A stretch of DNA of 64,000 nucleotides from Octopus sinensis (taxonomy: Eukaryota). Where the stretch lies: assembly GCF_006345805.1 (NCBI RefSeq), contig NC_042997.1:1488001-1552000 (forward strand), read 5' to 3'. Shown piece by piece: positions 26,401 through 38,171 of the stretch. The number at the start of each line of letters is the position of its first letter. The stretch's first letter is position 1. A program made the position numbers and the translations under genes. The notes beneath the pieces were generated by a model. That model did not search any database. It had not been told where the DNA came from and worked only from the letters and a program-made list of their open reading frames with translations.

Positions 26401-26489
26401 AATTACATTTATAACGGACCATGCTGATGATGGCTGCAGTTTTCCTTGCGGAAAATAACAGCTGAAACTAATTTAGTACATGGGTAATT
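26401..26489 (+). ncRNA. Type I hammerhead ribozyme, copy 2 (predicted cleavage 3' of 26478)
   Basis: Stem I CCATG(26419-23)/CATGG(26479-83) plus AATTAC/GTAATT beyond a 12-nt bulge; core CTGATGA 26424-30; long stem II (GGCTG/CAGCT, TTTTCC-TTGC-GGAAAA); GAAA 26464-67; stem III ACTA-ATT-TAGT; GUA triplet. Confidence 0.9.
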
Positions 26490-26633
26490 ATTTTATTTCG
26501 TATATTTTTCACTGTTTATTGCTATGGTTTTGTGTTGAGTTTGATCTGAGACCATAATCTTTTGTGGTGAATGGCGATTTGACGTCTATATCTAGCATGT
26601 TGACTGTCCACTTTTCGTGTTCAGTCCTTAATT

Positions 26634-27475
<842 letters not shown>

Positions 27476-27559
27476 ATACATACAATAGAGTGATGCTTTC
27501 GCTTCACGTTTAACAGGTATTATTGAAATAGTGGAGAAGATGTGATATTGCTGTGGGCG

Positions 27560-27727
27560 AGCCCTAGGCAAGAAGTTAAACATCTTTTTTTCTTGCCCTT
27601 GACATTACATGACCCCTAAGTAAGGCATGTGTAAAATTTGAATGAAATTGTTTGTGTAATTCTCAAGTTTTACGGATTCACACAGACAGACACACACACA
27701 CACATTCTCAGTTTTATATATATATAG
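27560..27727 (+). mobile_element. Possible 3' end of a non-autonomous Helentron/HINE-like element
   Basis: gtgtaaaatttgaatgaaattgtttgtgtaattctcaagttttacgg..cacagacagacacac..cagttttatatatatagat resembles the typical end layout of such elements. Recognised by pattern only. Confidence 0.45.
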
Positions 27728-29409
27728 ATAGTTATCGCAATCAAGTTGATGATTATGATGACTACTACGGTGAAGAAGACGATGATGATGATGATGGACG
27801 TAGAGTTGAAGAAAGTTGTGGTAACATTTTGTAAGAGAGGAATTACAATTTGAACGTTACAACTAACTTCCAAATATAAAATATGATGGAAGAAATGCGA
27901 TTATTATGTCGAAATATTCGTAAAATGGAAGAATAGACAGTAGAAAATATCTTTCCAATGAAGTGTAGTTCAAAATTTACTATCTGCTACTATTTTTGTG
28001 CAACATTGTAATATAAGTCAATAGAAAGAGCATAAGAATTCTGCATGGAACGAAAATGTGATAAGAACGATGCAATGATGCGCAATGAGGTGCAATGATA
28101 GATAAAAATAAATTCCGGATGAGTTAAGAGGGCACGTAGGGATTAAATTTATGAGCCGTCGTCTCACAGAGAGAGGGAAGAGGTTATCGCTGGGGGTTAA
28201 AAGGGAAGCAAATTGTAGTAGAAGATTGTATAGCTGTGAAAGTGAGAAGAATTGAATTGAGCAGATATGTGTGTATATGTATTTCTGTTTCGGTACATAT
28301 TTCGTGAAATGCGATGTATGTAAGGATTGCATTACTAATATGAGAGTAAGAAGTATTAGGGTGAAAGGTAGAACAGTAAACACTACTGATTATACGAGCA
28401 TTTATGGATTTCATATCAGTATTTAATGAAATGATTATCCATTCACGATGATGATATATGTTATAATGAAGAATAATGAGAATCATGAAGACTCTGATAA
28501 TCCAAAGGATGGAAAGCAATCTATTATAACGTGCATTAAATTACATGCAATGTCACATAACTGAGCTGAAATTTGATCCGAATATATGTACCAACATACT
28601 ATATACGACCTCAGTGTTTTGCCATATTACAGTCACTTGCGTGGGCAATATTCGGCACGGACTTGTCATCGGATTGAACAATTACAGGTGCTATTATTGT
28701 GTGATTTAATATCCGTGGCAGCGAAAAGATTATTTCTAAAACGTTTGTTAATTTATATCATGCCTTGTACACGAACGTACCTTTATTTTACGCATCATAT
28801 GAGCAAACTGCAGGAGCAAAATCCTCTCGAATTTATTTAGAAAGATAACTCAGTAAGGTTTTTCAATTATTTTCTCTGTAACATGCTTCAAAATTCCTTT
28901 TAATCCTATAATGATTCCAACTAGATCGTTGTCCATATTTCACATTCTCACTATTTTTCTCTCTCCAAAAACGTCTATTAAGAATGTTCTTCAACTTCTT
29001 TTATCAAGAGAAGACGTATCATATGAAGTGATATGTCTTCAGTGATTTTAATGAAGACAAATCACTCAGTTTAAAAATGAAAGAAATGAACCGTGTATTT
29101 TGTGTTCTTTTTAAGTATTCCATTACTTAAATTTATTTAGTATCTAGTTTTGGAAGTCACACCCATCAAAACAGCAAGCAGTCGCTGTTAAAACCAGTTT
29201 GTTTGTAAGTTACAAAAAGAGACGTTGCTATTAAACTATCAGATTTTTTTAATGTCATGGAATCTAGAAGGAAGAGACTTCTGTAAGACAAACATCTAAG
29301 GAAAGAAACTACCGGAAAATGTAATAAAAGATGCAATAAGAGTGAAAGGATGAACATGTGTAGAATGATGAGTCCGTCAATTTGTAAAATTTACGGAGTG
29401 CCAGTCACG

Positions 29410-31800
29410 ATGGATGTCACGATGGATTTAAGTTGTTCAAGAAATCCTGTGGGTACTGGGGATAATTTTCGTCACTTATTGTATCCGGACTACAGTACTC
29501 TTCTCTTTTCCCGGGGAAGTTGCTTATCATGTACTCTTTTAAACTGTTTACCACTTCATAATTCCTCATCTCTTAAATATGTTACTGTATTTATATAAGT
29601 ACTTCACTGCTTGGACGGAATGTACCACCTCGACGTTGATGTGGGTGTTGTATTTTATTGTCAGGTATGGGTTGTATGGCATTATCCAAGAATTGTTACC
29701 TTGTGAAGAAAATAGTAAACGTAATATAACAGTCAGTGTATGTCACTAAAAATTCATCAGTGTAAGTTGAAGAAAAAAAATCACCACAAAAACATAAATT
29801 TCAGTGGTTCTTTCACCGTATGCTGGACTTCTTCTGCGATACGTCGAGCAGTCATCTCTCGGTATATAGGTGACTGACTGGAAGAGTTTCGGAAACTCCT
29901 TAGTGCATCGAGCTTCGTCTCTCCTGGTTTCCCTACACGGATTTCGGGGTTGATAGCACCGCATGTACCATGAATATTACTGAGTTGAATAGCTCCGAGT
30001 TTCAGTGTTTGTCAGGTAATTCGTCACTAACTTCTTTATCTATGATTTCTGGAAAACTTGGTTTATGACGACTAGCTATGATAAGCAGTATATGTGCGTG
30101 TGTAAGGCCACGTTTTTGCCATTCAATAGTTAGTGTATAGGCGGCAACTTTTCCTAGAACGTGTTTTTTCAGCAGATCATGGTGAAGCGATCGAGCGTGA
30201 TTTTGAATACTCAACAGGCAATATAAGGTCGGCCCTGTGCATGATCCCTTGGGAATAGGGTGGTCTGTATCTCCACCCATTCTGGATATGCGGTAAATGT
30301 GATGACGTAATCTGACTTTCCCATTCCTCTCACTATTGCCATGGCGTGTTGGAAAGCCTCGCTGTAATATCTTGGACTGCAGGTGATGGTTGGTGGGAGA
30401 ATAATTCTTCTTCCGGGTATTGCTGTATCGGTTTATTGACAGCATCAAGCAACCCTGAGTATTTTTCTGCTCTGACTGCCGTTTGATGGAGTTCCGCCTA
30501 CCTTAGCCTGTTCCGTTCTACTTTCGCCCACTGATCTACAGCATATTGCTGTAGTAGTCTTCAGCTTCGCATAATATGATTATCCGAATTACTTCTTGCC
30601 TGCAGCTGGTTAGCGTGACAATTCATAGCTGTTAATATTTGTCCAATTGATTTCTTCGTATTGAACTGCCAACTGTCTGTTCCCTCCGGTTGTAGCAGAA
30701 CATAATGCAACGGATTGTACGATCGATGGATAGAGTTTATACGACAGTATATGATTGCATCTAAAGGGTTCTTGATATCATCTGGAACAAAAGCAGTCAC
30801 CTCTGAATTCATAGGTGAGTTGTACTGGCGACAGCAAGCCTCGGATTGTTTGAGCTTTTTGTCATGGTGTAGAAGTATCGAAATATCCTCAGTTGCCGAA
30901 AATTCTATAGCAGATTGAAATGATGCTATGAATGGATTTACTTGCCAAATATAACCTTGTAGTTTCGCCAATATATCCGCCTGCAGATCATTCTAATGTT
31001 TCATCCTATTTTTGGTCTTATAGTGTGTATCAAAGAAGTACAGCTGTGCGAATGGCGGCGGTTGATTGGCATCTGATATTAAGCTTCCACTGGCATGACG
31101 CACTTTAGCTTGGATTTTAAATGTGGGTTTAGATCCAGTTATCGATGTATCAATAACATAACCAATGGATGCAAACGTGAGTGCGTTATTATATGCTCGA
31201 ATATTTGTTATAAAATTGTTGTCTTTCCATACGACACAATGTCTGCCGACAAATTGGGGGTAGATTGCAGGTGAAATTGGCCTTTCTCGCAACAGAGGGA
31301 AAGTAGTTCTGCTGGCCAGTGCTTCGATTAAGAATGTGGGCATATATAATCACCCAAGCTGCTGCAGAAGCGAGAACGGTATGATAATGGAATGTTACTT
31401 TCGATAAAGTTTTCCTGACTTGCTATCAAATTGTAATCTGCAATCCGTTCATTGTCATATTCGGCGAGGGAAATGCTTATCAGAGCATTATCTTCCACTT
31501 GTACTTGCACTGGTCTTGATTTTATGCAAGCTAGAGTATTCCTTATTTGTTCTGAAGCTTATAATTGAGGAATTTTGCGTGTTAGTTAGCGGTCTAAAAT
31601 GTCCCTGCTATGTTCCGAAGCTCTCACCTGATGATTTCTCCGTGTTGTTTGGCGAGTTAGCGTATCCCTGCTCTGTTCCGACGCTCTCACTTCTGTATCA
31701 CAGCGAATTTTATGAGCTTCCGTATCCTTATCCTGTTGGGCTTGTCTCTATTAACTTAAATTGTCTCTTACTACATTTCTAGTTTATAATGGCGCAGAAG
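29410..31800 (-). mobile_element. Decayed Helitron Rep/helicase with large internal deletion
   Basis: Motifs: LGDYICPH; NIRAYNNALTFASIG; FKIQAKVRHASGSL..PPFAQLYFFDT; SYNPLHYVLLQPEG; IEWQKRGLTHAHIL (HUH); RCTKEFPK..YRRR; WIMPYNPYLTIKYNTHINVEV..AVKYLYKY. These join directly to a late PIF1-helicase piece, YPQDFLNNLNPS. Confidence 0.93.
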
Positions 31801-32185
31801 GAAGGAAAATTTAATAAAACATTACACAACTTTATGCATAAAATCGTTATTGACAAAGTTCATAGTAGTCATATACTGAGACGAAGTCATCGAAATCATC
31901 CCTTAATAAAGCTATTGGCGTAATTCAGTGGAGAAGTAAGTTGATTCACTTCCCTTTGCTTCTTTTATTACGAGTTATGTCCCCTTAATCTTTATTTACT
32001 TTGTGTACGCCCGTTAACTGTAGAATTACCTTCCATATCCAGTAAATCATACTTTTTCACTTTTCTTTCGCTTAAAACCTGCCTGATTACCTCCCTCGTA
32101 ATCCCGAAAAACACCGTGAACATTGGCCCAGCCATTTGACCACCAGGAAGGTACAGTCAAACAGACGGACATTTCGCCCATAATA

Positions 32186-32412
32186 TATTTCTTTACTACC
32201 CACAAGGGGCTAAACACAGAGGGGAGAAACAAGGACAGACAAACGGATTAAATCGATTACATCGACCCCAGTGCGTAACTGGTACTTAATTTATCGACCC
32301 CGAAAGGATGAAAGGCAAAGTCGACCTCGACGGAATTTGACCTCAGAACGTAACGGCAGACGAAATACGGCTACGCATTTCGCCCGGCGTGCTAACGTTT
32401 CTGCCAGCTTCG
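32186..32412 (-). mobile_element. SINE family B (Nin/Deu-like core), full length, with target-site duplication
   Basis: Core gcctttcatcctttcggggtcgataaattaagtaccag on the minus strand. Flanking direct repeat ttcgcccataata at 32173-32185 and 32409-32421. Confidence 0.93.
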
Positions 32413-33899
32413 CCCATAATAGTATGGTTTTTTTAAAATCTTAGATTTTCGTTTTCCGCAAACACAGCGGTCCGGTGAGTGCGAGACCAATATATATATG
32501 TGTATATGTCGTCTACAAGAAACTCTCAGAATATCTTTGAAGCTTGTAGATTTACTGTCTAGTTAGTTTAGTTAATATGAAAAATCATAGAAGACGACTT
32601 CAAATTACAATGTCCAATGAATCTTTTCTACTATATTTAGTTAGAGTTTCTTCTATGCCTCTTTTGTTTATCAGGAAGCATTTTCTATGGATGTCGCATT
32701 ATTTCATTATGTAAAACTTTTTATTTTGTATTGATTCTATAGAATACATGCGGTGTAAGTGCACAGAGAGAATTGTGTGAGTTGTGTCAGTAATCCTTGA
32801 GAACAATGTGAGACACTCTTGTGTAGTTATTATTGGATTGTGCAGTATTATGAACCCTGCTGTTTGTTTTATTCATAGATGTTCCAGTTTAATGTCCTTT
32901 ATGTCTAGCTGCGTTGAGCTTTTACATCCCTACCCACATTAATTTTCCTTACATTTGAAGATCCTTGTATTTTGATTTGAGACTTGCGCTACGTCTCTCG
33001 GGGCAGTGATTTGGTCAAAGGCAAATATTTTTTTTTCGAATCTTTGATAATTATATTTGAAAATTGTTGCTTTGATATTTTTTTCAGTCTTAAAAAACAC
33101 ATCGCAGATTGCAGATTATTGTGATCAGAAAAGTGTTGGGTTCCGTGTCTGATGGATGATTATGGTATCTTCCTATCTGTATTGTTGGCAAACCAATCTT
33201 TTTGTACTTGCTTTATAACGATCTTTTTAAAAGATATATGGTGACATCTACATCAGACGGGGAATCTCACCCACTATGTGTGTGAAGCAATTTGTCTGCA
33301 TAAGAATGTACGTTTCGCTTTCTATCGTAATTTATTCTCGGACTCGTGTTAATTTAATTTTTCGACTGTGCAACTTATCGAGCATGTGCTGTGTGGATGG
33401 TGTGCAGAATATTATATTCATAAGTAGCAATCACGTTAAAAGTGAGGTGATATTTCATGGTATAGGAAAACATCTTTTTGTTTATCCCCCAGGACAGGCT
33501 GGACTCGAGCTGACATTTGTGAGGAAAACGTATTGCAACCGTAATTATCTCGTCTTGTTTTTGTTTTCAGATATTGGGTATATCAGATTACATCTTTCAA
33601 TGATTTTATTTATCAGATAATATGTTGTGATTTGAAGGAGTCTTGTTTGTTAATTCCAGAAACTCCATCGAGAGCCTTGAGGTTCGTATATCCGTTCAGT
33701 TAGATGCCTTAGTGCTTTTTGGAATACTTTAGACGAAGTCGACAGCTTAGGTTAATATGTTGCATGTGTTGTGCTGATATTTTATTTTCTAATTGTGCAG
33801 ATTTGGTGCGAAGGAGCATGACCATGTAGTTCAAATACTAAGCTCCTTACCATACGCCCGTGGGCTTAGCTTCTGGCCCGTGCGCCACATTATCTCCTT

Positions 33900-35848
33900 G
33901 AGCTACGAACACCTTTTCACAATTTTCATATTGTGAAGGTACTCGTAAATGCTTTCTGAATGCATTCCTGTAAACATCGTCCACATTAATGATAAGTAAG
34001 CGCTTAGGCAATAGCTGCTAGCTGTATTACCCTTGCCCTTATCTTTCATGATGAGTATTGTACTCCCTCTATTCATCCAACCTGATGTCATTTTTCGATT
34101 AAGGCAATCTTAAAGTTGTTCCCTATGTCTCCTATGTAAACTATTGAATTTCTTCAACTAGTACTCTTGAGCTAAATCTGGACCTGAACCCTTCTTAATT
34201 CGGCATTTTCCTAACGCTTTACTCAGTAATGCAGTAGTTAATATCAGATATGGCTGCTTATCATCCACTACTTCTTCCCTCACTTTCTTTAACCATATTG
34301 TATCTCTAATGTGATTGACTGGCTTATCCCAAATATTAATCCAGAACTTTCTATCTTCTGCATTGGTTTCTCATCTTCAGTACTTCGTTCTCCACTTTTT
34401 ATTTGGCTATAAAATCTCCTCTGGTCTGTCTCAAATAATCTATTCTGTTGATACTGATCTATTCTTTTCTTATATCTGGAGAGCTTACCTGCCACTGCTA
34501 TGATATGTTGTTTCAACTCTTCTATTATTGTCCCAAATCTTATCTCATTGAATAGGTATTTTTTCTCGGGGGAAGATTTGCATCATGTTTCCTGACTTGG
34601 TCAGTTTCAATGCCTCTATTCTACTCAGCTCTTGTCTTCACTTTATTTTGTCGTCTTCTTTTCCACATTTGCACATTTTAGTCTTTCTGTGTGAGATACC
34701 TAATCTTCTGGTGACTACTACTACCGCTCTTGCTTAGATCAGTAAATTAGTGTCTCCTATATTTTTAGTATATCTATCCAATTGATAAGAGAATGTACTT
34801 TTATAGTCATTCCTAGGAACTTCCTTCTGTAGCTGCATTTTAATATTGGTAATCTTTTTCTTACTTCTTTACTCACTACTTCTTGCAACTCTTATAAAAT
34901 CTTACCTTCCTCACATAAATCACTTAAGTCGCTGGTGCCAATTGTCCTTTCTTTATTGGTAGCGCTTTATAACTTTTTCCTTCCAATTCTTCTTAGGATA
35001 GAGCCGTATCTCTTATGTTGATGTTTGTCTTTCCTACTGCCTGGTCTTTCTTTTTCAGTTCTCTTGTGATCTCTTCAACCTCCAATTCTGCAATCCAATT
35101 TCTTCAACTAATAGTATTATCTTGATCAACTAATCTCTGCTCAATTACTTTAAACATACCCTCCTCTACCCAAAGTGTTAACATCCGCTTTTACAGCCAC
35201 TTTTATAGGTTCAGTTTCTAAGTAGCACAGCATCACTATCCTGTTTTGTTCACTGGCTCACTTCAGCCTCCTTGATCTATTATCTGCTGATGCAGTATTA
35301 CGGTAACACTGTGCTCAGTCTGTATCCTTGGTAAACCACTGCCAAGCGAGAGGCCTTTCCTTAATTGTCCAGATTCATTTTCCCTATTAAGGCAGCGGAC
35401 ACGCGGTCGTAAGAACGAGGTTTCAATTCCCGGTCCGGGCATTGTGAGTGTTTATTGTGCAAAAATACCTAAAATCCACGGGGCTTCGGCGGGGAGTGTG
35501 TGAACCCCGCTATACTCTTTCACCTCAACTTCCTCTCACTTTTTCTTCCTACTTCTGCCCCAAAGCAGATGAACCATGGTTAACCCACTATGGTGTGGTA
35601 AACTTTCAGACCCTAGTCTAGATTGCGAATCCTCTGTACCCCAGGATTGCTCAGCTCTCCACATGTTAAAAGCCACAGTTTACGGAATGAGGATAACAAC
35701 GTAGCTTTCGCGCCCGTGCAACCGTTAGTCTATCGCGTGGGTGGGTGGGTGGGTGGGTTTTCAAGTTGAGACACGCATTCTTTGTAGCTTAGAGTAGGCT
35801 CGAAGTAGGGATTATTTTTTGTGGCTAATTGCGTGAGTCCTGACTGGA
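33900..35848 (-). mobile_element. R4/Dong-type LINE 5' portion (5' region + N-terminal ORF), 3'-truncated before the RT core
   Basis: KQHIIAVAGKLSRYKKRIDQYQQNRLFETDQRRFYSQI and WMNRGSTILIMKDKGKGNTASSY..LSLMWTMFTG are typical pre-RT segments of this clade. The extent of the 5' UTR is approximate. Confidence 0.75.
35385..35560 (+). mobile_element. SINE family C, diverged copy
   Basis: cggacacgcggtcg..ggtttcaattcccggtccggg..tgtttattgtgcaaaaatacctaaaatccacgggg aligns with 13596-13680. Confidence 0.7.
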
Positions 35849-36037
35849 AGAAGAAGAAGAAGAAGAAGAAGAAGAAGAAGAAGAAGGAAAAGAAGAAGAA
35901 GAAGAAGAAGAAGAAGAGGGAGAAGAAGAAGGAGAAAAAGAAGGAGAAGAAGAAGAAGAAGGAGAAGGAGAAGGAGAAGGAGAAGAAGAAGGAGAAGGGA
36001 AAGAAGAAGGATAAGAAGAAGAGAAAGAAGAAGAAAC
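35848..36037. repeat. (GAA)n/(GAGAAG)n polypurine tract
   Basis: About 190 nt, all A/G except one T. Confidence 0.96.
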
Positions 36038-36495
36038 CAACCGTCACAATATGAACAATGTCAACACTGTTTCCACCATCACAGCAGACATGATTACCGC
36101 AGATAACTGCGTGCAAATTCTAGTTTTTTTCCATTGTTTCGTAAGACAAATAAAGTAAACATGTGCAATCTATTTAAGCATAACGCTACATATAACCATA
36201 TAACACTGGCAATAATAATATCAACGACAATAAAAACCCCAACAAGGGTCAAAATAAAAATAATTTGTTCAGTTGCCGCTCGTATATTTCTCAGCGTTTT
36301 TATTAATCTCTTCTTTTCATGCATTTATCTGCAATATAGTTCATCAATCATTTTTACTCCTTTAATTACCTTCTTCGCATACCTTTCAACATCTTTTGTC
36401 CTTTCACCTTAGCAACCAATCACATTTAGCACGATCTTTAGGTTGCAACCTCTTCTCATCTCACAAATATTATTGGTTAGCGTTTAGCTGTACAC

Positions 36496-36526
<31 letters not shown>

Positions 36527-37362
36527 CTGATTTTTCTATCGATTATTCTGATCTTGTCCAAGTCACTATTGTGACCGTCAATGCCTTAACATGGCTATTA
36601 CCATAATCGTTCGCAGCAAGTATTTTCCTCTTTTCTTTGTGTTTCATTCACATAGCTTGCATAAGTCTATTATCACTCATCCATCTTAAATTCTTGCATT
36701 TCTTAGCATGTTTCTTGCATTTCACTCGCATGTTCAATATGAATAGCTTTTCGGAGAAACTAAGATATAGGAGTAACCAACCATGGTCTTTCATGTAAGA
36801 AATTAAAGAATATACAATTTGGAAGGTTATGCTAATCATGCTTAAGATTTACTGCTTTCAAATAGTTTGGGATGTAATTTTTCCCCTTTATTTGTCTTCT
36901 TTTTCGTTCACTCTCTCCATCTTTAAGCATCAATACTTTGGTATGATTTAATACAATTGGTATTTTCATAGGCGCTGATGGAGGAAAAGAGAGAAAGCAT
37001 ATTCTCTGAGAAAAGGCTGTAGTCTAAAATGTATGTAACACCGTAAACTCTGCAAATTGCACCAGTGGACAAGTTGTGGTGAAACTACGTGAAACGTTTA
37101 ATATAAAGGACATTGGAATAAGTATAACAAGCTTAAGAGTGAGAGAAATATTGAAATAGGTACTGATGAAGTATATATGCGTAAATTTTAAACAAATTAG
37201 AAACAACCAAAACACGATAAACACACACACACACACACATATGTTCGTGCGTGTGTGTTTATAGATATACATATTTTATATAGACATATGAATATAGGAT
37301 TACATGTATGTGTATAATGAGAAAGAAATTGTTTATGTCTTATAGGTATGTGTAGGTGTGTA

Positions 37363-37419
<57 letters not shown>

Positions 37420-37741
37420 GAGAAAAAAGAGAGAGCGGTAGCATAAATTACACGCTTCGTGCAATACATCTTTAAAATAACTCTCTTCGATGTCACTGAG
37501 AGAAATTTGATTACTCAAATGTTTTCAACAGCTTCGACGGCAGTTTTTTAAGAGTATCCATCTTTGGTCCATTTCGTAGAAACTGGTTTGCGTTATACTA
37601 CAGCAGCATCTGCATATTAATCAGATTCTCGGTCCATCATAGGTGCCCTCTCTCATCTCTCCTATTTTTATCTTTTACACTAGAAGCTGGAGGCAGTTTG
37701 GAGGTTCGTGTTCTTTTCAGCGTCCTATGTCACCGTAATGA

Positions 37742-37944
37742 TACTCTTTTACTTGTTTCAGTCATTTGACTGCGTCCATGCTGGAGCACCGTCTTTAGTC
37801 GAGCAAATCGACCCCGGGACTTATTCTTTGTAAGCCCAGTACTTATTCTCTCGGCCTCTTTTGCCGAACCGCTAAGTGACGGGGACGTAAACACACCAGC
37901 ATCGGTTGTCAAGCAATGCTAGGGGGACAAACACAGACACACAA

Positions 37945-38008
<64 letters not shown>

Positions 38009-38171
38009 GACAGGATTCTTTCAGTCTCCGTCTACCAAATCCACTCACAAGGCATTGGTCGGCCCAGGGCTATAGCAGAAGACACTTGCCCAAGATGCCA
38101 CGCAGTGGGACTGAACCCGGAACCATGTGGTTGGTTAGCAAGCTACTTACCACACAGCCACTCCTGCGCCT
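37742..38171 (-). mobile_element. SINE family A, full length, with internal (CA)/(TA) microsatellite
   Basis: Homologous end-to-end to 19609-20022. Confidence 0.96.

Larger units (their letters stand above)
25393..26640. mobile_element. Young non-coding 507-bp hammerhead-bearing unit (retrozyme/pLTR-like): full copy + partial tandem copy + inverted copy
   Basis: 25393-25899 repeats at 25900-26193 (offset 507, about 5 substitutions). About 26212-26640 is the reverse complement of about 25484-25915 (about 4 differences). Both outer ends merge into (TA)n. Confidence 0.95.

Noticed and set aside
29130-29300. Helitron 3' terminus (hairpin + CTAG)
   Set aside because: CTAG sites are present but lack the subterminal GC hairpin and the following T.
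32780-33560. Possible LINE endonuclease remnant (-)
   Set aside because: Similarity is too faint to support without alignment.
35730-36116. Poly-Lys/poly-Phe/poly-Ser ORFs
   Set aside because: Translations of the (GAA)n tract; no splice or codon evidence.
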